In this document: positions 26,387-36,086 of the stretch, one piece after another
Layout: each line of letters opens with the position of its first letter
Numbering within the stretch: the first letter of the stretch is position 1
NCBI GenBank assembly: GCA_035342015.1
Contig: DAOQWI010000001.1
Location: 270 to 64,269 of the forward strand
Reading direction: 5' to 3'
Origin: Candidatus Ozemobacteraceae bacterium
GTDB taxonomy: Bacteria; Muiribacteriota; Ozemobacteria; Ozemobacterales; Ozemobacteraceae
DNA length: 64,000 nucleotides
Notes under the pieces: generated by a model
The model's input: only the letters and a program-made list of their open reading frames with translations
What the model was told of the DNA's origin: nothing
Database searches by the model: none
Translations under genes and position numbers: made by a program

Positions 26387-28788
26387 CCCTGAATATGATT
26401 GATAAAAAAGCAGAAACAATTCTTATCGTTGAGGATGATCCCGGCCTCGCTGATCTGATAGGCGAGAAGGTCGAGGAATGCGGCTTCTCACCGGTCTGTG
26501 CATATTCAGGAGCGAAAGCCATCACCTGGCTTAAAAACAATGATGCGCCGCGGCTGATTATTCTTGACTTCAGTCTGCCCGACATGAATGCCCGCGATTT
26601 TATCAGCAATTTTACCTCAACCGGCCGTGAACTGCCGCCTTTCATAGTTTCGACCGGGCAGGGCGACGAAAAAATTGCAGTCGAAATGATGAAAATGGGA
26701 GCACTCGATTACATCGTTAAGGGCGCGCATTTCCTCGATCTGTTGCCTGGAGCACTGCAAAAAATCAATCGTGAACTGGAAAATGAGGCGCAAAGGCTTC
26801 TCGCCGAACAAAAATTGCGGGAAAGTGAAGAGTCATACCGCAGTCAGTTCGAAAACAACTCGACCGTCATGATGATGATCGACCCCGACAGCGCTCAAAT
26901 TGTCGACGCCAACAATGCGGCAGTAAAGTTTTACGGTTACCCTCGCGAAAAACTTCTGACCATGTGCATTACCGATATAAATATGAACCCGGAGTCGGCG
27001 GTCAGAAGAGCGATGCAGACCGTGGTCCGACAAGGCTGCCTGCAATTCGAGTTCGTTCACAAAACCGCCGACGATTCTCTGCATAATGTTCTGGTGTCAG
27101 CAAGCAGCATCAGGTTTAAAGGGCAAAACGTCATTCACTCGATCATCACTGACATCACCGCGAGAAAACAGGCAGAAAAAGCCCTTCTCGAAACAAACCG
27201 CAGGCTTGAGGAAGCAACCGTAACCGCCAATGAAATGACTATACAGGCCAAAATGGCCAATAGGGCTAAAAGCGAATTTCTTGCCAATATGAGTCATGAG
27301 ATTCGCACGCCATTGAACGGGATTATCGGAATAACCGACCTTCTGCTTGAAACAAGTCTTGATGGCGAACAAAAGCACTTTGTCGAGATCATTCACACCA
27401 GCGGTGAATCGCTTCTGGCATTGGTCGACGATATTCTAGACTTTTCAAAACTCGAGGCCGGCAAGCTGGTTCTTGAAAACATAGGTTTTGACCTTGTAAC
27501 TTTGATCGATGAGCTGGCCGGGATAATGAAGGTCAAAGCAAGCCTCAAGGGACTCGATTTTATTGTCAATATGCCTGCGGAAGTGCCTTCACGCATTTCT
27601 GGTGACCCGGCCAGGCTTAGACAGATACTCACCAATCTGATCGGCAACGCCATCAAATTCACCAAAGCCGGCAGCGTGACACTGACTGTCTCTGTTACAG
27701 GAGGCACGGACAGCAATGTTCTGATAAAATTTCAGATTTTTGACACCGGTATTGGCATACCAGCCGATAAATTTAATTTGCTTTTCAAAAAATTCAGTCA
27801 GGTCGATCCATCAACCACAAGAAAGCATGGAGGTTCCGGTCTCGGCCTGGCTATTTCAAAGCAGCTTGCCGAAATGATGGGCGGCGAAATAGGCGTAAAC
27901 AGTGAAGAAAGCAAAGGTTCTGAATTCTGGTTTACCGCAAATTTTGAGCGCCAGGAAAAAAACGGCAAAAATTCAAACGGCACCACCGGCAAAACCGGAA
28001 GAAAAAGGATAGGCCATGACAAAGAACTTCCGGTAGGTGGCGCATTTGACCAGACCGATCTGCTGGATCGCCTGATGCATGACGAAGAACTTGCGATAAA
28101 ACTCGTCAAAGGCTTTCTTGCTGATATGCCCGGTCAGATCGAAACCCTCGAAGACGCGCTAAATCTGCAACAAAAAAAAATTGCCGAAAGACAAACCCAT
28201 CGAATTGCCGGGGCGGCAGCCAACGCTGGTGGCAAATCGGTAAGCGACATTGCCCTTGCAATGAAAAAAGAAGCCCGTGAAGGCAATCTAGACAAAGTAA
28301 GTAAGCGATTGCCTGAGCTCAGGAAAGCATTTGAAGAATTCAGTATTGAAGTAAACGATGCCCTCAGAAAGGGATCAACCAGGGAGGTAGAAATGAAAAC
28401 TCTGATTGTTGAAGACGATTTTACCAGTAGACTGCTGCTGCAGGAAATCCTGAAAAGCTTCGGGCCGCTTCATGTTGCCGTAAATGGCCAGGAAGCGGTT
28501 GACGCTGTCAAAATTGCACTTGAAGCCAAAGAACATTACGACCTTATCTGTCTCGACATTATGATGCCGGAGATGGACGGACACGAAGCCTTAAAACAGA
28601 TTCGCGACATGGAAATGGCAAATGGCATTTATTCAAAAGATGGCGCAAAAATCATGATGGTCACCGCCCTCGGTGATATGAAAAACGCAACAACTGCTTT
28701 CTACAACCTTTGCGACGTTTTTCTCCCGAAACCGATTCAGAAGGCAAAATTGCTCGATGAACTGCGCAAGCTTGGCCTGATAGAGTAA
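26383..28788 (+). CDS. hybrid sensor histidine kinase/response regulator (REC-PAS-HisKA-HATPase-HPt-REC)
   Basis: N-terminal receiver ILIVEDDPGLADL. HisKA motif MSHEIRTPLNGIIG. HATPase motif DTGIGIP...GGSGLGLAISK. HPt-like segment around HRIAGAAANAGG. C-terminal receiver LIVEDDFTSRLLL...CLDIMMPEMDG. It overlaps the upstream histidine kinase by 4 nt. Confidence 0.85.
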   Translation: MTLNMIDKKAETILIVEDDPGLADLIGEKVEECGFSPVCAYSGAKAITWLKNNDAPRLIILDFSLPDMNARDFISNFTSTGRELPPFIVSTGQGDEKIAVEMMKMGALDYIVKGAHFLDLLPGALQKINRELENEAQRLLAEQKLRESEESYRSQFENNSTVMMMIDPDSAQIVDANNAAVKFYGYPREKLLTMCITDINMNPESAVRRAMQTVVRQGCLQFEFVHKTADDSLHNVLVSASSIRFKGQNVIHSIITDITARKQAEKALLETNRRLEEATVTANEMTIQAKMANRAKSEFLANMSHEIRTPLNGIIGITDLLLETSLDGEQKHFVEIIHTSGESLLALVDDILDFSKLEAGKLVLENIGFDLVTLIDELAGIMKVKASLKGLDFIVNMPAEVPSRISGDPARLRQILTNLIGNAIKFTKAGSVTLTVSVTGGTDSNVLIKFQIFDTGIGIPADKFNLLFKKFSQVDPSTTRKHGGSGLGLAISKQLAEMMGGEIGVNSEESKGSEFWFTANFERQEKNGKNSNGTTGKTGRKRIGHDKELPVGGAFDQTDLLDRLMHDEELAIKLVKGFLADMPGQIETLEDALNLQQKKIAERQTHRIAGAAANAGGKSVSDIALAMKKEAREGNLDKVSKRLPELRKAFEEFSIEVNDALRKGSTREVEMKTLIVEDDFTSRLLLQEILKSFGPLHVAVNGQEAVDAVKIALEAKEHYDLICLDIMMPEMDGHEALKQIRDMEMANGIYSKDGAKIMMVTALGDMKNATTAFYNLCDVFLPKPIQKAKLLDELRKLGLIE

Positions 28789-28880
28789 ATTCAATCTGTC
28801 TGCCTCAGGTATAAACAAACAGGCACTTTGTTCCGATAACAGAAAGTAATAAAATCAGAATTCTGTGAGGCAGACAATTT

Positions 28881-29528
28881 ATGGAACAAACTAATTCGCG
28901 CTGGTTCTTTATTTTTGTGTTGATGAGCCTGATCGGCATTTTTCTGTTCCCGCCAAGAGCCCATGCAGACTCGAACTGGCTCAAGTATTTTCGTAAAGAC
29001 TCTCTGCTCAACACCTACAAGACCAGTTACGCCGTACTCGATGACTCAGTCTGGACCGGCACCTTCGGCGACGGTCTGCAGGTTTATGACGGCAACCGCA
29101 CCCAGAATTTCACCAACCGCAGCACCCGCACCAGTCCGTCAATCGACGATGGTCTGATATCTGACTACATTACCTGCATCAGTATTGACGAAAAACGCGG
29201 CAGAGTCTGGCTCGGCACCAATGCCGGCCTTTCGAGCTGCGATCTTGAAGGCAAAGAATGGCAGCGCTTCACAGAAAGAGACGGGCTGCCCAACGATGTT
29301 ATCAGAGATCTTGCCATTGACAGTTATGGCAATCTCTGGGTTGGCACCCCTTCAGGCCTTGCCTTTTTCGACGGCGAGACCTGGAAAACCTACAACGAAA
29401 GCAACGGCCTGCCTCAGGCCAGTATCCATTCGATCAAGGTCAAAGGTGACACCATCTGGGTTGGCAGTGTCGGTGGCACAGTCGCAAGATTCAAAGATGG
29501 CGAATGGAAAGCGGTAATCACCTTCTGA
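28881..29528 (+). CDS. secreted two-component-regulator propeller (Reg_prop) repeat protein
   Basis: Signal peptide followed by at least four repeats of the form (V/L)W(V/L)GT..GL..(F/Y)DG..W (VWTGTFGDGLQVYDG, VWLGTNAGLSSCDL, LWVGTPSGLAFFDGETW, IWVGSVGGTVARFKDGEW). Confidence 0.65.
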   Translation: MEQTNSRWFFIFVLMSLIGIFLFPPRAHADSNWLKYFRKDSLLNTYKTSYAVLDDSVWTGTFGDGLQVYDGNRTQNFTNRSTRTSPSIDDGLISDYITCISIDEKRGRVWLGTNAGLSSCDLEGKEWQRFTERDGLPNDVIRDLAIDSYGNLWVGTPSGLAFFDGETWKTYNESNGLPQASIHSIKVKGDTIWVGSVGGTVARFKDGEWKAVITF

Positions 29529-29529
29529 A

Positions 29530-30555
29530 ATGCTTCAGCCCTCGCATCGCGGCATTTATGAATTTCTCTGGTCTGAACACAAATACCCGGTTATGGCCGT
29601 GTCGCTCAAATCCTTTCAGGGAATGGCCAGCCGTCTTGGCAGACGCCCGCAGCTTCTCGCCCTGTTACGAAAAATAGCTGAATACACTTTTTCAGAGCGC
29701 TGCGAAAACTATAATGCCCTGCTGAATGCTTATCTGCACGTCAAAGACAAGGCAACGCGCCAGGAAAGGCGCGACATAATTGAAACTCTGCTGCAGAATG
29801 AAGAACTTGCCGCAGCGATGATCTACGGTCTTGCCAACAAATATGACGAAATCAGTCTTGCAGGCTGCCGCCTGTTTTTTACCCCTGAACACGCCATTTT
29901 TAAATTCTGGGATGCCCAGGAAAAGCCTGGGCTATGGCTCTGTTTCGGACCAATGCAGTTGCATCTGTCACCCCAGGAAGTTTTTAACCGGGTTTCGATT
30001 GAAACAGGTTTATCAGCCAACAAGCTGATGCATCTGCTCAAAAGACTGCGGCATGGGCTTGCTCCTGATGAATTTATGGCCCTGCCGGCACAGACGATAA
30101 AGGTTCTGCAACAGAACAACATGGTTGCATTCCCGGGCAGAAAGAAGGCGTGGCTGCATCCGCGTCTGCCCATGCATCTTATTGATGCGGCTCAACCCGT
30201 GCGACCCCGCAAAACCGACTTTCTCTCGGCAGCAGCCCTGACTATCGAAAAGATATGGGATGCGGCAGAGTATCTGCCCGAACATATTGCCAGTCTGCCC
30301 GAATTTTCAACCTTCTGCGAATTTTACCGGCCCGAACTGCACCCGGAAGTCGAATGGAGCCAGGAATTTAATGCTGAAGAAGCGTGGGAATTTATTGCCC
30401 ACCTTTTCTGGACCAGATGGCAGACAGATAATGGGCAGCCAGGTACGGCGACGGAAGAAGAGGAAGAATCAGGAACCGGCGTAGGAATGCAGACTGCTGA
30501 TGAGGAAATTGACCCCGAAGAGGGTGAACATGGTGACGATGAAGCCTGCGACTGA
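29530..30555 (+). CDS. hypothetical cytoplasmic protein with acidic C-terminus
   Basis: 341-aa ORF that begins 2 nt after the Reg_prop stop. No recognisable motifs. Its 3' end overlaps convergent ccsA by 87 nt. Confidence 0.4.
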   Translation: MLQPSHRGIYEFLWSEHKYPVMAVSLKSFQGMASRLGRRPQLLALLRKIAEYTFSERCENYNALLNAYLHVKDKATRQERRDIIETLLQNEELAAAMIYGLANKYDEISLAGCRLFFTPEHAIFKFWDAQEKPGLWLCFGPMQLHLSPQEVFNRVSIETGLSANKLMHLLKRLRHGLAPDEFMALPAQTIKVLQQNNMVAFPGRKKAWLHPRLPMHLIDAAQPVRPRKTDFLSAAALTIEKIWDAAEYLPEHIASLPEFSTFCEFYRPELHPEVEWSQEFNAEEAWEFIAHLFWTRWQTDNGQPGTATEEEEESGTGVGMQTADEEIDPEEGEHGDDEACD

Positions 30556-31518
30556 AAGGCAGGCGGTCCAGGTTCCGCTCCAGCCGCGCGCAAGTCTGAC
30601 ATGCAGATAGATTGAATAGACAAGAAACGTTATCAAAGCCCAGGTTTCTTTTGGATCCCAGCCCCAGTAACGTCCCCAGGCCTTATTTGCCCAGATCATG
30701 CCAAAAATCAGCCCGCCAACAGTGAACAACGGGTACCCAAGAGCGATGGCCCGATAAATCAGGTTATCGAGAATGGTATTGTCGGGCAGCCAGCGTTCGG
30801 CACCGCGCCCCAATGCGCCGCGAAACAGCCAGGCCATAACCGCAACTGCTATGGTTGCCAGTATCGACGGAATGATTACCCAGAAAACAATATTGTGCCA
30901 GCGATCTGCATACATTGGGTGATTACTGAGGTGCCTTGCCAGAAGAACCATTCCACCGATAAAAACAACCGGTAATCCCACGACAACAGAATAACAGGCC
31001 AGCTTTTCGCGGCTGTCGGCAAAGTCAGTGCGGCCTGAAGCATCACCAAGAATACGGCGCAGACAGAACAGATAGCTGAGAATGAAAGCAACTGCAAAGC
31101 AGGCTTCGCCAACAAATGCCAGAGAAACGTGCAGATGCAGCCAGTATGACTGCAGAGCCGGAATCAAAGGCCGAATATCAGAAGAAAAAACCGAAGCAAC
31201 GCCAATCATCAGAACAGCGCCAACGCTTGCCCCTGCTTCAAGAACCGGCAAAGGCTGTGATGCGGTAAAAATCTGGCCCACCAGAACGATGAGCGTCGAA
31301 AGAGTTACCAGCGATTCATACATATTTGAAAGCGGCGGGTGTCCGGCACTGTGCCAGCGCATCCCCAGAGCGACAATCGCTGCAGTTATGCCAAGCCAGT
31401 TAAAGGCACGGCCATAGGTATGCAGTTTCTGCCGATCAAGACTGAGAGACGCGCTGTTCAGGGCAAAAGCGGCAAGATAACAAAACATCGACAGGGTAAA
31501 AATGCTGGTTTCATTCAT
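30469..31518 (-). CDS. ccsA: cytochrome c-type biogenesis protein CcsA/ResC (System II haem-handling WWD protein)
   Basis: Polytopic membrane protein carrying the tryptophan-rich motif WGRYWGWDPKETWALITFLVYSIYLH. Confidence 0.85.
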   Translation of the reverse strand: MNETSIFTLSMFCYLAAFALNSASLSLDRQKLHTYGRAFNWLGITAAIVALGMRWHSAGHPPLSNMYESLVTLSTLIVLVGQIFTASQPLPVLEAGASVGAVLMIGVASVFSSDIRPLIPALQSYWLHLHVSLAFVGEACFAVAFILSYLFCLRRILGDASGRTDFADSREKLACYSVVVGLPVVFIGGMVLLARHLSNHPMYADRWHNIVFWVIIPSILATIAVAVMAWLFRGALGRGAERWLPDNTILDNLIYRAIALGYPLFTVGGLIFGMIWANKAWGRYWGWDPKETWALITFLVYSIYLHVRLARGWSGTWTACLSVAGFIVTMFTLFGVNFLISSLHSYAGS

Positions 31519-33031
31519 TGGTGACGGTTTCCTGTGGGTTATGGGTCAGTTGCCGCTGAATTCGATCGAGATCACCGACAAGCATGTGAGCGGGACGATT
31601 GCCGGCAATGGCTATTCTTACGGTTCCATCAGGAAACACAAGAATCCAGTCTTCGCGATAGGCAACATAAAAGCTCATAATCATACCAAGTGTGAAAAGC
31701 AGGCAGCCAAGCCAAACTACAGGCTTACCCGGATCGTGAGCCATCTGCAGAGTGCTTTCGAACTCAGCTTCAGCAGAGACAAAGGTAAAAAGGAACGGCA
31801 GGCTTGAAACGTGGCTGGCCAGCATCGCACGGTCTTCCGGAAAAGCCCAGGCACGCCCGACAACTTTTTCTGACTCATCAAATGCGACAATCATTGCCGC
31901 CGGGTTGTTCAACTCGCTCGAAACTGAGATAAACCTGCCGTCCATGACCCTGAAATCGGGCATGAAGTCCTGCATAACGAAGGTAAAAGACGCCCATTCG
32001 GGCTTTACCGGCTGATTCAAAGTCAGCTCAAGCGTCTGAGGAAAGCTGGCAGCAGGCTGATAGTCAAGCCAGCCACTGATGCCGGACAGATGCTCGACAT
32101 TCAGGCGAACTTTCGAATAATATTTGTTCCAACTGGCCTGGTAGAAAGTGAATTCGTTAAAACTGACCGGCTGATTCACTCTGATAACCATTGCATCAGA
32201 CTGATTCTCGGGACCAATAAAACGAACCCGCGAGTTCCAGCTTTTAACACCCTGCTGGTGCCCCACATCGTTTTCGTAATATTCAACCCACAATTCGTCA
32301 AAAGCGATAGAAAAAGCCGGACTGGCCATGCCTTCGGCATACTCTTTATGCAGAGCCTCGACCTGCTGGCGCATCTGCTCCAGGCGTGGATCATTCGGGG
32401 AAAAGGTTCTGATATTGCGGGCCACACGACTGATACGGTCGGCATCACGACCGGCTCTCAGCGCTTCAAGGGGCGGAACAACGACATTTTCACCCTTACG
32501 GCCGTGCAGAGAGGTTTCAACACCGAGGAAAACCCCGATCAGGCCCCCGGCAAGAACCGCAAGAAGCCCGATATGAATAAACATGCCGCCAAACAGCGAC
32601 ATGCGGCCCGAAGCGCGCAGACCAATCAGAACTCCATCATCGTCGGTTTTAAAAGCAGTATATTGATTCTGCCAGTCAGCGGCAAGATCGCCGGAAAAGC
32701 TGCGGCCGGCAGCAAAAGCCATTATCTCAGGCTTTTCAACATTTTCGAGTCTTTTAAAAAGCCGTCTTGAAGTGCTTTTCCATCGGGTCAGAATGCAAAC
32801 AAGCGTAGAAAGTGAGAGCAACCATAGACAGGCCTGGTAAACAGTGCTGCGGAACATGTCATCGAAGCCAAGCGCGAGAATCCAGTGCCCGACGGTCGGG
32901 TAACGCTGCAGATAGACTGCTGCCTCGAGGTTCTGGGGCACGAAGGTGCCGAGCATCGAGAGCAGAGTCAGAAAGGTGATCAGAGCAACAGCAGATTTAA
33001 GTGAAACAAGAAGTTTGAGTATTGTTCTCAT
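31511..33031 (-). CDS. ccsB: cytochrome c biogenesis protein ResB/CcsB
   Basis: ResB-type N-terminus MRTILKLLVSLKSAVALITFLTLLSMLGTFVPQ, a large periplasmic domain and C-terminal TM helices. Its stop overlaps the ccsA start by 8 nt. Confidence 0.8.
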   Translation of the reverse strand: MRTILKLLVSLKSAVALITFLTLLSMLGTFVPQNLEAAVYLQRYPTVGHWILALGFDDMFRSTVYQACLWLLSLSTLVCILTRWKSTSRRLFKRLENVEKPEIMAFAAGRSFSGDLAADWQNQYTAFKTDDDGVLIGLRASGRMSLFGGMFIHIGLLAVLAGGLIGVFLGVETSLHGRKGENVVVPPLEALRAGRDADRISRVARNIRTFSPNDPRLEQMRQQVEALHKEYAEGMASPAFSIAFDELWVEYYENDVGHQQGVKSWNSRVRFIGPENQSDAMVIRVNQPVSFNEFTFYQASWNKYYSKVRLNVEHLSGISGWLDYQPAASFPQTLELTLNQPVKPEWASFTFVMQDFMPDFRVMDGRFISVSSELNNPAAMIVAFDESEKVVGRAWAFPEDRAMLASHVSSLPFLFTFVSAEAEFESTLQMAHDPGKPVVWLGCLLFTLGMIMSFYVAYREDWILVFPDGTVRIAIAGNRPAHMLVGDLDRIQRQLTHNPQETVTNE

Positions 33032-33089
33032 GACATGCGGATTATAGGTTAAAACTGCTCAGAAAAGCAACACCCTGCAGTCAACCGGC

Positions 33090-36086
33090 TCAATCGGGCT
33101 TATGGTAATCGAGAAGGGCGACGGTGACGTCATCTCCCCAGGGCACCGTGCCGGAAAATTCTTTGACGGCGCCGTAGATTCCGGCAAAAAACTCTGAGCG
33201 ACTGCAGCTCAGACCAAGACTCTTAACCAGAGCTTCGAGTCGGTCATAACCGAACTGCTCACCACGGTCGTTCATTGCTTCGACGACCCCATCGCTGAAC
33301 ATCACCAGGCGACAACGCGATGGCAGCTGCATTTTTACGGCCTTATAAGCCTTTCTTTTCGCAACACCAAGCGGGTAACCAATCAATCTTATAAATTCGA
33401 CACTGCCATCACCCCTTATAAGAAGCGGAAAAGCCTGACCAGCGTTGCTGCAGGTAAGAACCCCATTCTGATCGATGTGACCGGCAAAACAGGTCATCAT
33501 CTTAACCCGCCGCAGATGTTCGAGCATCAGTGTATTAAACCTGACAAACAGTTCATCAGGCATTCTGACACCACTGTCGAACAATGCAGCAAACCCGGCA
33601 CGCGCCATTGAGACCACAAGAGCCGCCGAAATTGAATGGCCCGAGACATCACCGGCAATAAAAATCATTTCTCCACTTTCGCCGACAAAGGCATCGTAAT
33701 AATCGCCGCCAACGTCGTCGGCAGGCACCGTTCGGCCGGCAAACACGACTCCGGATGCTGCAATCTCACTGGCAGGGAGAATACAGGTCTGAACGAAATG
33801 AGCAACCTCGAGCTCTTTCAAACTTTCAAGCGAGCTGTTAAAAGTATCGCCGAGCTGTTCCCATTCGTCATTTGTCGTTATAGAAACTCTGTATGCATGA
33901 TTGCGACTGGCAAAAGCTCTGACCCCCTTCATGACTTCGCCGGCCGGAACCATGATACCGTAGTAAATGCGAATGATTACAAATAAAAATGTCGCCGCAA
34001 CCAGAAGACCGGCGAACAGCATTTTATCGCGCAGCAGAACAAGCTTTTTCTCTATTTCAGACAATGGCAGGGCGGCGGCCAGAACGTAGCCGTCGAAACG
34101 CCTGGCAACATAGGCAGCCAGCAGGTGCGGTTGGCCATTGATGATCACCTCTTCGACATGAGTTTTTCTCGGGGGCTGCATCTGAGCGAGAAGTCGGCCG
34201 GCCCGCTTCCACATGTCGAGCCAGGGATAATTGACATTGAAAAGACGATCGGTGATTGCCAGATAACTCACGCCGGCAGGCCACCTGTCGGCACTGGTGA
34301 ACAGCTTGTCAAAGAACCGGCCGGAAAAATTATACTGCCCGGAAAACAGAATAAGGCAATGGGTAGCCCGGCCGTCTCTGTCTTTAATCAGATCGACAAA
34401 ATTAATTGACTGATTGGCGCCAAAGCCAAAATCAAAAAAGTCACCGAGACTCTGGTAAATTCTGGCAACCGGATTTTCGCCGCTGCCTTCGATCAGCGAA
34501 GACATCACCATGCTCGAAACCCCGTCTTTAACTGCCGCAGAATCACCATCGATTTTACTGTTATGCATTTTAATCAGGTCTTTTGCAGTGAACCCGGCAA
34601 AACCGGTGTAGGCAGATTTGCCCTGAGATGGCATAAGAGAAACGAATTCGTTGATATCCAGGCCTTCAGTAGGCGTTTCCAGGGCATAAGAAGCCTCAAG
34701 GTCAAATGGTACCCAGCCCCAGGCAAAAAACTGTTCCAGAGCCTTTTCACGATAGGCCCGCGGGTAAAAGGCCATGCGCCTGACAGCGTAAGTCGACGCC
34801 GCATAGGGTCTGACAAACTGCCCCTCAGCGTTGATAAGCATGCAGGCATCGAACATGCCATCGATTTCGAGTTTGACTGACCTGTCGATAAATTCCTGCA
34901 GATTTTCAGGTCGCCCATCGAGAAGCTGCACCAGATCGCGGAAAATTTTGCGGTTTTGTCTGAAAGTCTGCTGAAAACTGGAGTCAATCTGAATCAGATT
35001 CTGCTGCAGACGATCCGACGCCTCGATTTTAAGTGACTGACGACGTGATGAGATGAAAGCATTCCAGTAAAACCCGATGGCAACAGCCGGCAGAGCCATG
35101 CTGACAATGACGACAAAAGCAAGAAGCGTGTAAAGAGACAGTCTGAATTCAGGCTCTGCCTTCAGCATCGAATTCAACACGACCGGCAGCCAGAAAAAGA
35201 ACAGAGCTAAAGCCCAGAATGGCAGAGGAACAGCAACATTCGGGCTGGCGGCATAGAAAATGTGACCATCGGGACTTAGCCTTACCAACAGATCTTTGCC
35301 ATTGCAGGTAAGCTGAACCATCCCGCTGGCCCCGGCCCTCTCTCTTATACCAGACATCAGCGCCGCAGAGTCAACGTCAGGCAGCGAACACGATTTTCTG
35401 ACTTCGTTCAGATTGAGATAACCAAAGCGACTTCTATCCGCGTTCAGTCTTTTAAAAAGGGTTTCTGCGAGCATACGGTCATTCACAAAAGCATTATGAA
35501 AAAGAACCAGCATGCCGTCAGCCCTGGTTTCAGGCACTTCCCTGCGGGCAAACCATACGGCATAACTTCGGTGGGTGCTGATATTGATGCGCCGCAATTG
35601 CCCGGGCTTTGCCTCAAGTCTCTCAAAACCGACCCCACCGTTCAGCATCTTCACCAGGCGATTCTTATCATGTCCTTCGGTTCTGTATTTACGAAATTTA
35701 TCGCAAGCGATCCTGGAAAATAAAAACCGAAATTCCTCACGCTCACCTTCGCTGCAGTTAAGAGGCTCATGCCCCTTATAAAACACCGCTTCACATGACT
35801 CTGCCGGCAACTGCCAGTCAGACTTCCAGACGCTGATCAGATCTTCGAAAGATCTTGCCGGTTCATTACCGGAACGTTGAAAAAGATCATGAAAAATCCC
35901 GACAAAAACTTTTTCAAAAGAAAAAGAAGAATGAAAGCGGTCAAGCTGTCTGCGGGTCTGTAACCCGGCGGTATGGCGAGCATCCTGCAGGTCGCGGTTC
36001 CAGAAGACATACATAACAGAGAAGTTGGCAATAAAGGCCAAAGCCAGAAGCAGCAGGTAAATATGGCGTGAACTGGCGTTTCTCAT
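33090..36086 (-). CDS. large membrane-anchored PP2C-type (SpoIIE-family) serine phosphatase with extracytoplasmic sensor region
   Basis: 998 aa with an N-terminal TM helix, TM segments around aa 290-340 and at about 685, and the C-terminal motif VGGDYYDAF...IAGDVSGHSISAALVVSMAR. Confidence 0.7.
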   Translation of the reverse strand: MRNASSRHIYLLLLALAFIANFSVMYVFWNRDLQDARHTAGLQTRRQLDRFHSSFSFEKVFVGIFHDLFQRSGNEPARSFEDLISVWKSDWQLPAESCEAVFYKGHEPLNCSEGEREEFRFLFSRIACDKFRKYRTEGHDKNRLVKMLNGGVGFERLEAKPGQLRRINISTHRSYAVWFARREVPETRADGMLVLFHNAFVNDRMLAETLFKRLNADRSRFGYLNLNEVRKSCSLPDVDSAALMSGIRERAGASGMVQLTCNGKDLLVRLSPDGHIFYAASPNVAVPLPFWALALFFFWLPVVLNSMLKAEPEFRLSLYTLLAFVVIVSMALPAVAIGFYWNAFISSRRQSLKIEASDRLQQNLIQIDSSFQQTFRQNRKIFRDLVQLLDGRPENLQEFIDRSVKLEIDGMFDACMLINAEGQFVRPYAASTYAVRRMAFYPRAYREKALEQFFAWGWVPFDLEASYALETPTEGLDINEFVSLMPSQGKSAYTGFAGFTAKDLIKMHNSKIDGDSAAVKDGVSSMVMSSLIEGSGENPVARIYQSLGDFFDFGFGANQSINFVDLIKDRDGRATHCLILFSGQYNFSGRFFDKLFTSADRWPAGVSYLAITDRLFNVNYPWLDMWKRAGRLLAQMQPPRKTHVEEVIINGQPHLLAAYVARRFDGYVLAAALPLSEIEKKLVLLRDKMLFAGLLVAATFLFVIIRIYYGIMVPAGEVMKGVRAFASRNHAYRVSITTNDEWEQLGDTFNSSLESLKELEVAHFVQTCILPASEIAASGVVFAGRTVPADDVGGDYYDAFVGESGEMIFIAGDVSGHSISAALVVSMARAGFAALFDSGVRMPDELFVRFNTLMLEHLRRVKMMTCFAGHIDQNGVLTCSNAGQAFPLLIRGDGSVEFIRLIGYPLGVAKRKAYKAVKMQLPSRCRLVMFSDGVVEAMNDRGEQFGYDRLEALVKSLGLSCSRSEFFAGIYGAVKEFSGTVPWGDDVTVALLDYHKPD

